DNA of 64,000 bases from Raillietiella orientalis (Eukaryota), in the NCBI GenBank assembly GCA_036172245.1, contig JAYWIR010000001.1:11346001-11410000 (forward strand), written 5' to 3'. The position numbers and the translations under genes were made by a program. This document shows, one piece after another, positions 36,913-48,700 of this stretch. The notes beneath the pieces were generated by a model that saw only the letters and a list, made by a program, of their open reading frames with translations, did no database searches and had not been told where the DNA came from. Within the stretch, counting starts at the first letter, position 1; each line of letters opens with the position of its first letter.

Positions 36913-37559
36913 AGGATGGCGCTGCCTGCAGCCGGCGGCACTCGAGGCAGGAGCGACGAGTTTCGTTGCGACGAGCGCCGCTGGAGTGCGCTCTCTCCCT
37001 TTTCCGCAGGCCGTTGGTCGCGCGGAGACCGCGTTGCGCAGCTCTTCCCAGCAGCGTCCATTCATTACTTCCTGTCGTCCGCATCAGCGCTGAGCGGTTC
37101 GTGCGGGCAGCTCCCCCACATCGAGAAGCACACGCGCGCGCGCACGCACAAAAAAAAAAAAAAAAGAGATGCTCTGATCTTGTCGCGACCAAAATTACTG
37201 TCCCGTTCCTTTTATCATTCGGTTTCGTTCGAAGCAGAAAGGGTTGCTGGAAGAGAGGAAAGAGGGAAGGAAGGCAGAGCACCACCGGAGAGGCCCCGCT
37301 CTCGTTTCGGAGAGCCTTTCGGCCCCTAGTCGGAGGAGCCCCGGGAAACCCGGCCCGGGATCGGCCATCGATCGACCATCATCCGAAGACGGAAGTCCCG
37401 TAGAACCTCCGTCGATAACACGCCGTGATGCGCTGCAGAGCAAGATGAATAATAGATAAGAGCGGAATAATTTATCGCGCAGAGCTCTGCAGCTACGTGC
37501 GCGCCCCTGACGCACTTCCTGTCTTCCTGCCGCATTGTTGCCTCTGCGGTCTTCCCGCC

Positions 37560-38500
37560 GCACGTCGTCGTGGAAACCTCCGCGCGCGAGCGAGGGAAAC
37601 ACGCAGCGTCCTTCCAGCCCGACCCTGGTACCCGCGTTCGAGCGCGCCCACAGCAGGGGCCGCTGCGGGCGACAAGAGGAAGGGAGGGCGACTTTCGCGC
37701 GCGATCCCGAAGGCAGAGGCGAACGGAAGGAGAGGCAGCCGGGAGCGCGCGCGCGTCCACTGGTCGACCGCCACTCGCCGTCAAAGCGCGCTGAACGAAG
37801 AGTCCTGCGCCCCCTCAAAAGACCGAGGTCTTTCCCTCCAGGAGGGAAAGACCTCGGTCTGCACCTGGAGGGACCATTTCCACCATGAGGCGCGGTTGCG
37901 CATCTCTGCGGGCGCAGCGGCAGCGGAGGAGCATTTCCCTCGGCACGGATTTCGGACGCGTTCTCCGTCCGGATGCAGCGGCCCTCCAGAAGTTTCAACG
38001 ATCCAGGATGGCGCGGAGGCGATGCAGTGACTTCAGGCGCACTGCGCCTTAAGCTATGATCCCCGAAGGTAGCCTGGACGACTTCCGTTTGCGAGGAGGA
38101 GCGGCCCATTGATCGCCTTGGAAAGCATCCACCTCTCTGGACTTTTCCCTGGAAACCGCAGCCTCATGTTAGTGGATCCCATTTTGCTTATTCGTTCCTT
38201 ACCCTGCCGTCCCTGGCCGGCCAGCTCTCCCTCTCTCGGAGAAAACGCAGAGGAGGAACGTCCGAATGTGGCTATTGCGAACTCTGGATGGAGACCGTCT
38301 TCACGTGAGAGCGGAAGGTGTACGCTAAGTTCTCGTACAACGCGGTTCCCCCATGGGGAGCTGGGGTGGATGCACGTTGAGTTCTCGTATGGCGCGGAGC
38401 TGTGGTGGATGCGTTCATTTCGCAACGCAGTGTGAGTTCAGCTATTTTTAAAAAGAACACGAAAACACGGTTTAAGTAGGTTGAGTTCGCCCCCATTTTT
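37560..38500 (+). mobile_element. Decayed PLE relic (thumb plus GIY-YIG C-terminus)
   Basis: STGRPPLAVKAR (cf. S.HP.SVK.G). IRSLPCRPW...LGEN (cf. VYKIPC..C..YIGET). HGELGWMHVEFSYGAELWWMRSFRNAV (cf. H.FDW.NV.IL..E.NW.KR.FKEAI). VEFAPIF (cf. .ELSPIW). Confidence 0.65.
37820..37860. repeat. Perfect inverted repeat, 20-bp arms with a 1-nt spacer
   Basis: AGACCGAGGTCTTTCCCTCC-A-GGAGGGAAAGACCTCGGTCT; the arms are exact reverse complements. Confidence 0.98.
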
Positions 38501-38887
38501 GGTAGATAAAATGGCAGAAGAAGAGCACTTTTCAAGAACAAGAATGACAAAGCTGAAACCAAACTGAACGGATTAAATGTCCACAACACTCTAATAGCAT
38601 TTCTTTTCGATCAAGGTAGATAATAGATGGAGAATGTGTGTGTGTGTTTTGATTTTTGCTTTAACGTGAAATGATCACTATTCTACTTCCGTGACGTCTG
38701 AGACACATATCTTTTACAGATACTAGCCCTTGTTGCCCTTGTTCAACTCACAGGGCTCGTATAACGCGGATGAGTATAAGACGGAATGTATTTTTCGTTA
38801 TATGGGACCAGCTGTACAGGATTTTTTCCACAGTGGTTTTTCCTACACTTGTTGCGAATACGAAGAGGGTGGTAACGGTGGAGAACA

Positions 38888-38890
<3 letters not shown>

Positions 38891-38952
<62 letters not shown>
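38891..38952 (+). repeat. Compound (AC)n(AG)n microsatellite
   Basis: (AC) at 38891-38926 followed directly by (AG) at 38927-38952. Confidence 0.97.
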
Positions 38953-39259
38953 GCACAGACAGAGAGAAACGGGCGAAGAGATGCGACGAATCCCAAGGGA
39001 ATGAATGGTGTTCCACGCCTCTTCTCTGCGACACAGCGGTTTCCGATCGAGACCTTCCCGTTCAACAGTTTTCCCTCCTTCCGACGCTCGAATGGAAATG
39101 TATTTAAAGAACTGTGCGTACTCCCCGTCACCTTGGCAGCCACGGATGTGTTAAAGACGGATCTGCTAATCCGCGATCATCAGCACGGGCTGCTCCCGAT
39201 TCTTTCATTTCGTTTCACCTGCAAAGGGCAGGTCCTCTATGATCTCCCCAGCAATAAAA

Positions 39260-39600
39260 TCGATGGAGGGTCCCCCCGAGTAAGGGGGGGGGGGCAGGAG
39301 ACATTTTCACAACCGGAGGGAGAATCCCGAAGGGGACCGGCTCCTTGGTTCCCGAGAGGACCCCAGGAGGGTCGTCGGCTTCCGATCCTGGACGGTATAC
39401 GGGGGGGGCATCCGGGAAGTTTCCGGCTTCCACCGGCATCCCGCAGCGCCCGAATAGGTCAACCAGTTTCGCCCTGCAGGGAGGAGGGCTCGAAAACCAG
39501 GGCTCACGCAATTGCTCGGGCGGGATTCGAAGCCGCGGCGCCTAGTGCCGCGCGCGGAGGCCGCAGCCACCAGCGCGGGCGGGCGGGCGCAGAGCCGGTG
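39260..39600 (-). mobile_element. SINE-like repeat, copy C (5' half with tRNA-like head)
   Basis: Similar to 40925-41240 (gatggagg.tcccc, ttccgg.ttccaccgg, gcgcccgaat.gg.caac, gggattcgaa.ccgcg, gcgcggaggcc). Minus-strand B-box-like GGCTTCGAATCCC at 39534-39522. Confidence 0.75.
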
Positions 39601-39749
39601 CCAAGCGCTCGAGGCAATCAAATCAAACGGGCGCAGCGCGGCCGCGCGCGAAACTCCACCGGATGTGAGAGACGGCGAGAAGAAGAGATGCGTCGGCCAT
39701 GGTTACCTACGCGGGCTCAGCCTGTGGATCGGGCAGAACCAACCGGCGG

Positions 39750-41480
39750 GAGGGCACTTCAGGATCTCCAGATGAAGAGAGAGAAGCGTTGGGTACGCCG
39801 GGGGGAGGAGGCGAGGTCCTCCGCAGACCTCAGAACTCCCCGATGCGGGACCAGGCACGCCAATCGCCAGGAGAGCCGCAGCCGAGGACTCGGCTGCTGT
39901 CCCTCGAGGAAGTCCGTGTCTTCGCGGTGACCGGACTTTTCCCGGAGGGCGGTAGGTGCGCGCGCCGAGGAGGAAACCAACCAGCCGAGGGTGACTGTTG
40001 CTACTGGTGGAAAGGAAGGGGGGGGGGGGCGTGCAGAAGGGTTCTGCCCGAATGACCGTGGCCGCAGGCGCCGTTCGTAAGGTCGGTTTGCCTCGGGAGA
40101 GGCTTAGGGGGAACCTGACCGTCGTCCCCGCTGCCGCCACCGTCCCAGCACTTTCGGATTAGGGAAGGCTCCCCGGAATCCGGGAACGCGGAAGGGTGGT
40201 AGTAGGAGGGGACTTCTCTGCCGTCGCCTCTACAACACGTCTTAGCGTTCCGCAGGGAAGCGTCTCGGCGCCTCAGCTCAGCCCGCACGGCCCCATCCAC
40301 CATCAGAACCCCCTTTCCCCCTACTTCTCAGGGACGAAGCCTTCGGGATCCGAAGACGGGGAATAGGTCACGGGCGACGACTCCCCACGACCACGAGCGA
40401 CCCTCGGAAACTCCGGCCGGAGTCTGCGCTTGCGCACAGCTCCAAGAGGGATCTCCGTGATCGACAGAGTGGCTCGGACCTCAGGATGACTCTGGGATTC
40501 TTCCACGTCTGCTGCTTTCCTTCTTCTTCTTTTTGGTTTTCCAAGTGCTGAAGACTCCGTAGGGAGGCTTACGAGACTCTTTCGACGCTGCCCACGCTAC
40601 CAGAGGATGCGTGTGACTCTTCGAGTTGTGGGGACAACCCAGTTGTAGGAACTATCCTATGGATCCAGGGAGGCTTTGGAAGGAGGAGTCCGTTCCCCTC
40701 GCCCTTGGGAAGGAACTCTCGCCCCTGTTGTCTCCCAAGGGAACCACCTCTTCCTCATCCTCTCCGGAGGGACCTTCCGGAAGAGATCCATTCCCTACTT
40801 CCTCCCCTGGAGATAACCCCGAAAAGACGCTTTCGATTTTCTCTGAAGGATCCGCTCCCGGAAGGGAGTGGCGCGCTCCTTCACACTATGGTAGTGGGGT
40901 GCCAACCCACCGTCTACATGGTGCAAGATGGAGGATCCCCCTCCGAGGGGGAGGGGGGCTCCATCTGTACAACGAAGAGGCAGCTTCGAAAGAAACCGGC
41001 ACTCCTTGATGTCCTGGAAGGACCCCGGAGAGTCAACATCCAATCCCGGCTGGTCAGCGGGAGCATCCAAGGCTTCCGGGTTCCACCGGTGCCGCCGCGC
41101 CCGAATGGGCCAACTAACGTCATCCTGCCGGGGGGGACTCGAAAGCCAGGACGCACCCTCATCTCTCGGATGATCGACCCTTCCCCAGGAGGGATTCGAA
41201 TCCGCGACGGTTGGTGCTGCGCGCGGAGGCCACAGGCACGTGGCCGCTGACGCAGACAGCGGCAACATCTTCACCTCCCCCTGTCCACCTTCCTTCTTCA
41301 GCAGCAGCCGAAGAAAGACGACCTCGTTCGGCGCAAACGCAAAGGCGCCGGAGGCGACTCCCACCCGGCGTGGTGGTGGTGGTCTAATGCACCCCAGCGA
41401 CGCGTGGCAGCACGAAGCGAAGATCCTGAAAGGACGTACTAGGCAGATGGACACCCCACGGCTGCCCCCTCCCCTTTCAT
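39750..41480 (-). mobile_element. Decayed PLE relic split by the SINE at 40510-41268
   Basis: RGVSICLVRPFRIFAS (motif B) and FAPNEVVFL (motif C position) at 41480-41290. SHPEVRATLS, SLRNAKTCC and LSWRLACLVPHRG lie at 40500-39750. Confidence 0.45.
40510..41268 (-). mobile_element. SINE-like repeat, copy A (most complete): tRNA-like head, body, RTE-like 3' end, (AAG)n tail
   Basis: Minus-strand A-box-like TGCGTCAGCGG (~41254-41244) and B-box-like GGATTCGAATCCC (41203-41191). The 3' end reads CCAAAAAGAAGAAGAAGGAA. Two further homologous copies are in the window. Confidence 0.7.
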
Positions 41481-42139
41481 CCACTTAGGAAGGCCCTCGT
41501 TCCTCTCGCGGATGCCCGAACTGACGAAGAGCTGCATAGCCGTCGCGGCTTCCGAGTCTCTGCCCCTGCCCCTCGGCCGGCCCCTCATAGCCGAGGCGTC
41601 GCGGACTGCGCACTTCGCCGCGACGCGTCCGGGAAACTCCCCCCCTCTCCCTCCCCTTCCGCTGATTCGCCCAAATAGCGCGCCTTCAGCCCGTCGGCTG
41701 GGCCCTTCCCGCACCCGCCCCGGTCACACCCTCAGACTTGGCCGGAAGCTGGCGAGGGCGCGCGGGCACCGAAGGGTTCTGGGCCTCGATCCGGCCCCTC
41801 CGACAGCCCTCGCTCCACGGTCCTCCCTCCACCGCGGAAGCTCCAGGATCGAACGCCCCGTTCCGGGTTCTTTCGGGAACGGGGCTTTCGCCCCGTTCTG
41901 CTCACGCAGTCCCAGTAGCGTCCCCCGCGTGGAGGGAAACCCCTCTCAAGCGCCGGTGGGACCGAGCAGCCACGGCTCTCGACAGCGCTGCTTGGCGGTG
42001 GTGGGAAGGTGGTCGTCCCACTCCCTCCTTCCTGTCCCTTCTCCTTCGCTCTAGGATTTCGAGGTCAGTGGAGGAACCGCGAGGCAAGAGGTCCCCGGAT
42101 TTTTCTGCTGGGATTTCTGGGACGGCCGATCCGAATGTG

Positions 42140-42700
42140 GCCTCCTCTCTCCCATTGCTCCAGGGGGCGAAGAAGATGCAGCAGATGGATGTCCTCCCCT
42201 AGACGGTGCTCAGAGTGACCGGGAGCTGAGCCGGGCCCTCTAAAAGAAAGGGAGCAACAGAGTGCAGCACTGCACGCCCATCGCTCGACCGAGAGCGCAC
42301 ACAGTGGCGGGCGCTGCCTGGTGACTGCTCCGTCGGCAAACCAAACGCCCAGTTCGCTCACCAACCCAAGTGGGCGCCGCGGTCCTCCCCAACCACGCAG
42401 CAACGACCGCCTCCTCCGAGTCCCAAGGAGGAGTTCTGCCCTCTTCGACGTGCTGCTGTTCGAAAAACTGCGCGCTCGCGGCGAGAGTTGTGGCCCGCCT
42501 GCCACTCTCCCGTCCCCCACGTCCGAGGAGCCAGTAGGCTGATACGCAGCGGGCCGCAGCGGCTCACCCTTAGGAGAGCCCGGGCCCGACCTTCGCGGCG
42601 GCAGCCGCAAGCCGGCGGCTGGCCGCAAACGCCCTCCTCCCCCTCCCTTCGTCTGCAGCTGTTGCGCCCCGACCAGCGGGTGACTTGCCAAGAGAGGATT
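42140..42700 (+). mobile_element. Decayed PLE RT relic
   Basis: QGAKKMQQMDVLP* (cf. NGKFYQQ.DGLPMG) and SSALFDVLLFEK (cf. G.LPFLDVLI.R). Confidence 0.5.
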
Positions 42701-45700
42701 CCGTTTTTTATTGCGCAGCTCGGATTTCCTCTTCGAGCGGCTGCTTGCCATGCGCAAGGGAGAGAGGAGGAAGAGGAGGGAGGGAGAGAAGGAGGAAGGC
42801 AGGGAGATGCGTTCGCCCTGGCTCCAGCCTATTCGCGAACGCACCGCGGATAAAGACATGGGGGTGCCAGGGGGGCTCTGATTCGCCGCCATCTGGCTTC
42901 CTGGCCGAGACAATGGTCGTCTCCTCAAACCCCCGGGAAGACAGCAGCTTCCATTTCTCTTCCTGGGACCAGTGCTGCTGGTCTCTCGATTACCAACCTC
43001 CGCATCTGAAAAAAAAAAAAAAAAAAACCCTCTAGCGCTTCCTCGCACACCTTTGCGATCGGACGAGGCACCCTTGACACGAGGAAGGAAGGAGGAAGAG
43101 GAAAGAAGGGAGGAGAAACCGAAGAGTTTCCCCCATTCAGGTGACCCTGCGGTTCCTCTGGACAAGCAACGCCTGTGGACGGTCGTATGCGTGAAGGTGC
43201 TGTGGGCACAGAGCAGCGGGCCGGCAAGCCGTGGTGCGGTGGCGCAAGTGTCCCAGTCTTGCCGGCTAGGTTCAGGACGTGGGTTCTTCCCAGAATGGGG
43301 AAGAGGAACAAACAGGAACGGTCGATGGCGCGCCCACGAGGACACAGATGCAGGCAGAATTTTTCCAAGCCGCTGTGTTTTTCTTCTTCTCCTGGCCTGC
43401 GCTAGCGACGCCACCGCGGCTGGACGCGAGGTCCCCTGGCGCGCGAGCATCGCCCGCGCAGGCACCGCCGGTAGGTCCGCGTGCCGGAGATCAGGGAGAG
43501 ACTGCAGGCGGCGGCAGCGGCGGCAGGATTTTCCCGGGAACGACGGACGGCTCCCGGAGTCCCTGGAGCCTTTTCGCCCTCTTCCTTTCCTCCCCTTCTG
43601 CAAGCACGCCGACGCCCACGAGCGAGTCTTCTCCCCCTTTCCTCCCCACGCAGCCGCTGCTTCGGACCGAGGTCGCAGGCGCTCGCTCGCAAGCGTGTGC
43701 GTCCCTTGTGCTCTCATGAAAGACGCGCCCGTTCGATCTGTTGGCATGCGAGGGCTCCAAGGCTAATTTTGAGCAGCGGGGAGGACGCGCACGCAGCGTG
43801 CGGCACGGAGAGAGCGGGCGAGAGAGAGAGCAAGGCGGCGGCTCTCGAACGGAGTGCAAGCCGCATCTCTCCCTGCGCCAGACCGGACCGAGTCTTGGCA
43901 GCTCCTCGGCAGTGGTTCTTGGAACCGCTTGCTGGACGGGAGGCACCGCAGCTTGTTGGCGGGGAGGGAGGGCACCGACCATCCAGGTGACCTGAGATGA
44001 AAGCGAACGAACCAGAAGACTCGAGATGCAAAACCAAACGAAACGAGAGGAACAAAAGCAGAAACAAAACAGTGATTACAGCAGGGTGGATAAGGACGCC
44101 TGGTCCATTTCGTTTCGCTTCCCGAGAAGAGGCTTCACGAAAAAGATGTTTGTAAAAGGGTCTGCAATCCTCGACGTTCGAAAGACCCCCCGAAAATTGG
44201 CAACGAGGAGCTGCATGCTCCGATAAACTCATCGGGAAAATGAGCAGCAGGCTGTCTCCACTTTTACGCGTGCCTTCGCTGCTGCTTTCAAGTCCCCCCC
44301 CCCCATCCTTCCCTCTGGATCCTGGACATCTCGCGGGGGACAAACTAAACGAAACAAAAGCTTCCGAGAAGATCGCGAAGTGAACTGGACCGCGGAAGCG
44401 CACGAAAAAAGCAAGCCCGAAAATCCGTCCCTCATCAGGCGCGCAGATCATCCAACTTTTCGCACTTCATCAGATGTCTGAAGGTTGCCACGAAACGCCG
44501 CAGTACCCCCCACAAACTCCGCGCGCGGTCCGACTCCTTTCGGAGTGCGCTGGGAACGATGCGAGAGCCGGGGAAGGGTCACGCGTTTTCAGTTGCGGGT
44601 GAATCCGGCAGATGGAACCGGCGGCCTCCCCCCTCCCCCCCCCCCGTGGTTACGCGCGGATCGATGCATTCCATCCTAAAATATCCATCGGAAATTCCGT
44701 TCGATCCCGTTCGCTGGGAGGGGAGCGGGAGAGAAGCAACGGGTTCCGTTCGCTCGCGCGCTCCGGCCCGAAGCGGCGGCAAGCACGCGTTACGTGCTCC
44801 CGTCCCTCCCAGCCCACCCCAGCCTCGGGCTCCGGACGACGGGCAGGAGCGCGCTCGCTCCCTCCCTGGGAGCCGGCACTCCCCCGTCGTTCGTACCCTC
44901 CGTCCGGGAGCCCCTCGCGAGGACGGGGGAGCGCCGCGCCCGAGCAGCTACTCGGAGGCGAGTGAGTGCACCTGCTGGAGGTGTCGCCAGCCTGTACCCG
45001 CAGCGGCCAGCAGCAGGGCGGGGGGACGCGCGCGCACAAGCCACGCACACGCAGGAAGGAAGGGAGAAAGAAGGGGAGAACGCGCTCCCGGCTCTGTCAG
45101 GGGAAGCCAACATTTGTCTCCGGATGCACGGCCTGTATCGCTCGTAGCCCGGGATCCGAGCGGAGCCGAGGCAGTGGGCGCATCGCGAGAGGGGGGGGGG
45201 GAAGGCAGACAGAGAGGGAAGGGGGGGGGGGGCGAGGAACTGAACGGCGGTCCGCGAAAGCGAAACGTCCGAATTCCACGACGCAATCGAAGATTCGCTC
45301 GGCGACACGATTCCCCCCCTCCCCTCGTGCTTTCCGTCAAACGCAAGGCCCTTGGTTTGCTTATCGCTCGGCAGATGGCGCGCGCCGCGGAAACGTCGCG
45401 CGCGGAAGGGCTACAGCGTCCTTCTCCCCTCGGCTTTCCACTCGCTGGGCGATGGGCGTGGTTCCACTGTAGTCCGAGAGAGGGGGCAGGAAACCAAGAA
45501 ATCGCGAGAGGGAGGGATCCGTTTGTCTGCCTTCTTCACAGCCACCGCCACGGCGGAGTTCGAATAAGAGCTCAGGACCCTCAGGGGCGAAGAGAAAGGT
45601 AGCGAAGGGGAGCGGGGAAGGCGCATGCGGGGGAGTTATGGGAGCAGAGCAAACCACCACGACCACCACCACCGCTACGGATCGCTCTACTTGCGCTCGT

Positions 45701-48700
45701 CCTTTCCTCCTCCTCCTCCCCCACCCTTCTCCCCTGTGCTTTCGCGCTGGTCCTTCCCTCCCTCCCTCTCCTCCCGTCTCCTTTTTCACCGCTTCTCTTC
45801 CTCCTCCTCCCCCCTCCTCCCCCCCCCCTTTCCCTCGCTTTCTTTCTTGGGGTGCTCGCTTTCCCACGGGGCTCCCCCGCTGGCGTGGCGGGGAACGCAG
45901 CCCTCCTTCCTCCTCGCGAGCCAGCGGCAGCTCTCCGAAAAAAAAGGGGCAGCGTCGTCGCCTCCGGACAAAGGGAAGGAGGAGGAGGGAGATCCCGCGC
46001 GTCCAGGACGTCTGCTCCGGAGGCGGCGCGAGACCTCCAGACGGACCCGCCGGCCGTCTGCCCCCGGGGGCGCGCGCGCGCGCTCGTCCGCAGCGGTGTT
46101 TCCTTTGTTTTCCCCCTTCTCCTCCTCCGCCGCCGCCACCGCCTTCTCGGAGGCGATCGAGAAGTCACGTGACGTGCGTGCTCCTCTCCTGCCCGTCCCG
46201 TCGGTCGCTCGGCCGGGAACCCGGGAGACGAGCGCCTGCCCGCCTAACAGGCAGAGAAGCAAGGAGCGTGGTCCTGTTGACCCCTTCCCTCCCTCCCCCT
46301 CCATCCCCGGGGTGTGACGCGCTGACCTTCCTCGCCCTTCCAGCGCTCAGCGGCACTCCAGGGCGCGCAAAAAAAAGAAAAAGGAAAGAAAGAAAAACGC
46401 GGGGTGAAAGGGAGAGACCGGGCTGTCTCGGCGCGCCTGCGCTGACCTTCGACCCGCCGCCTCCGGGCTCGCTTCCGTCGGCGCGACGCCCGTTCGCTCC
46501 TCTTCCCCCTGCCGGGCGGGCGGGCAGCGGCGATCGCGAACTTCCGTTCCGCCGCCGCGCTGCGCCCCGGCGGCGGTTCCTGGAGGGCTCCTCGCCGCCG
46601 TCGCCAATTCCCCTCGACGCCAGCCAGGCCGCTCCCCTTCGCTCTTCTTCGCCCTCCCCCAGCTGGTTGCCAGTCTCCCGAAGGAGCGAAGGGGAAGGGA
46701 GAGGGGGAAGGAACAAGAGTGGAACGTCCCCCTTTCCCATTCCCATCCCATTCCGTCCCCACTCCGCAGCTGGGACATCCGCTTGCCGCGTTCTTCCTGC
46801 CGCGGGGGGAGACCAGGGATCCCGCGAGCGAGCGCTTGCGCGGAAGGCCGCCCCTGGTCAGCAGGAAGCCTGCAGGACTGCCGCGCGAACGGGGTTTCCA
46901 CCCTCACCTCTTTTCCCCTGGGGAAACTCCGCCTTCCGTGACGTCTCTCGCTCGTCCTCTCCGGTTGAGGGGAGGAGGCGGGAGGAGAGTGCCTGCCCCT
47001 CCGTCCCTCTGGTTGCTGGGGGCAACGTAAGAGACAGAGAAGCGGGGGAACGGGGAAGGAGGTTGCCTGACCCTCCCTTGGAACCCTCCGGGGACACAGA
47101 CGACGGGCAGTCCTTTGGAGGAGGGGGGGGGGACGTCTCCGGTCAGCAGCGCCTCCTTGAGCTCGGATCGCCGATGGCCGCTGAGGCGAGCGGCAGGGTT
47201 GCCGGCGCCGCTCATTCACCGGACTGGAAGGAACGGCGGTTCGGAGGGAAAGCGCGGGGTCGGACCTTCTTCCCCACCGTCTCTCCCCCCCGCTGTCGAC
47301 GCCGGAATGTAATGATGGGGCCGGGAAGGGGCAGCGGCAAGCCCCTCCGCTCCCACCCCCACCCCTGCGGCGGGAAGAGGGATTAGGGGAGGGATCGTCC
47401 CATCCCATCGGGGGACTCCCGCGAGGTAGGGCGCGGGCGGCCGAAGGATTTCCGGGACGGAGGTGGAGGAAGAGGGCAAGGGCAGCGGTGAAAGGGGGAG
47501 AAGAGAAGAAATAGGGATGGGCGAAAGACACGCAGGCGGGTGCTCGGCGGGACTCTGACGGGAGTGCGGGTACCTCCTCTGCCAGCGCGGAAGCTCCGGA
47601 GGATCTCCCCACGAGGGCTCCAAGGGGGGCGCGGCGGGAGGCGCCACGGGAAAGCGGCCGCGTACTCGTTCCGGCATCCGGTCGCCCGGAGGTCCCGCCT
47701 CTCGGAGACGCGCGGCGCCCCGAAGCGGCTTCCTCTCGGGAAAGGACCGGGGCAGGGTGGGAGGTGGAACCTGCGGGCGTGCGCACCTCCCCAGGGGCGA
47801 ATCGCGTGCGCGGGCACGGCAGAGGGCGGGACAGAACCGCACGCAAGGAGAGAACCGCGAAGCGGCGTCGGCGGCGCCGCGGGTGGGGTCCGCCCCTCCA
47901 GGAGAGGGAGGAAGGGTCGAGGGCGGCACTCCAGAAGTCGCGCCAACACGGCGCGCCTCCGGGCGGGAGCGAGTGGAAGCGCAGCCTTCCCGCGTCGCTT
48001 CACCCCTTCCTCTTTACGGCGAAGAGGCGGACGGGAGAAGGCGTGACGCCGCTCTCGGCGCACGCGCGGGGGTCCCCGCTGAGCAGCCGGATCGGCTGGC
48101 CGGGAGCGAAGAGGGGAGAGACAGGAGTCGTCCCCCGCCCTCCTCCCCTACTCCCCATCCGCCCTCCCTCCCTCGGCGAGCATGTCGGTTGGCGCGAAAC
48201 CGACCGCGAACGCGCGACCACAGCGCCCGCGGAAACAAAGACGCGTCCGCGCATGCGCAAGGGGCGAAACGCGCACAAAAAAAAAGGTACACGAGCGCGC
48301 GGGGGCACGCACGCACAAAGAGCGGTCCTCCCATGCGGTCGCTTCGAAACGGGTCATCGGGCGGTCATCACCACGGGCTCCGCAACACCGCAATGCGCGA
48401 CGGAGACGCGCGAAATGCCGACGGGGAGGCGGAGGAGTAGCGCGCGAGAGGCCCTGAGGGGAGTTCTCGGCGCCCAGCGTCTTCGGATGCCGAGACCGGG
48501 CGGTTCGCGCGGTCCCACGGCGTCGCTCCTCTCCGGTGGGGGGAGGGGGGGAGGGAAGAAGACAGCAACTCTTGCGCGCACCCAAGGAACGGGCGCCTCC
48601 TCCTCCTCCCCCCTCGGAGCGACTCGAGCGCTCGGGCGCTGCGGCGGCGCCCGCGGCGGCGGCGGAGGACGCGCAGATCGTCCGGGAAGCCCTCATCGCG

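Noticed and set aside
40546-40585. Hammerhead ribozyme (CTGAAGA...GAGAC here; CTGAAGA...GAAG at ~32888), attractive because PLEs often carry them
   Set aside because: No intact GAAA core and no convincing stems. The segment is better explained as the antisense of the SINE 3' tail. Other CTGANGA hits, e.g. minus strand ~44470, lack stem II.
41185-41268. Functional tRNA gene
   Set aside because: Only degenerate A/B boxes and no cloverleaf; it is embedded in a dispersed repeat, so it is called a SINE head.
45638-47386. Long ORFs in GC-rich DNA (582 aa here; also 42065..43747, 46347..47846, 5767..7236, 52967..54391, 2483..3751) as protein-coding genes
   Set aside because: They have R/G/P/A/S-rich composition, overlap in several frames on both strands and run through homopolymers. 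This is expected from stop-codon scarcity at high GC.
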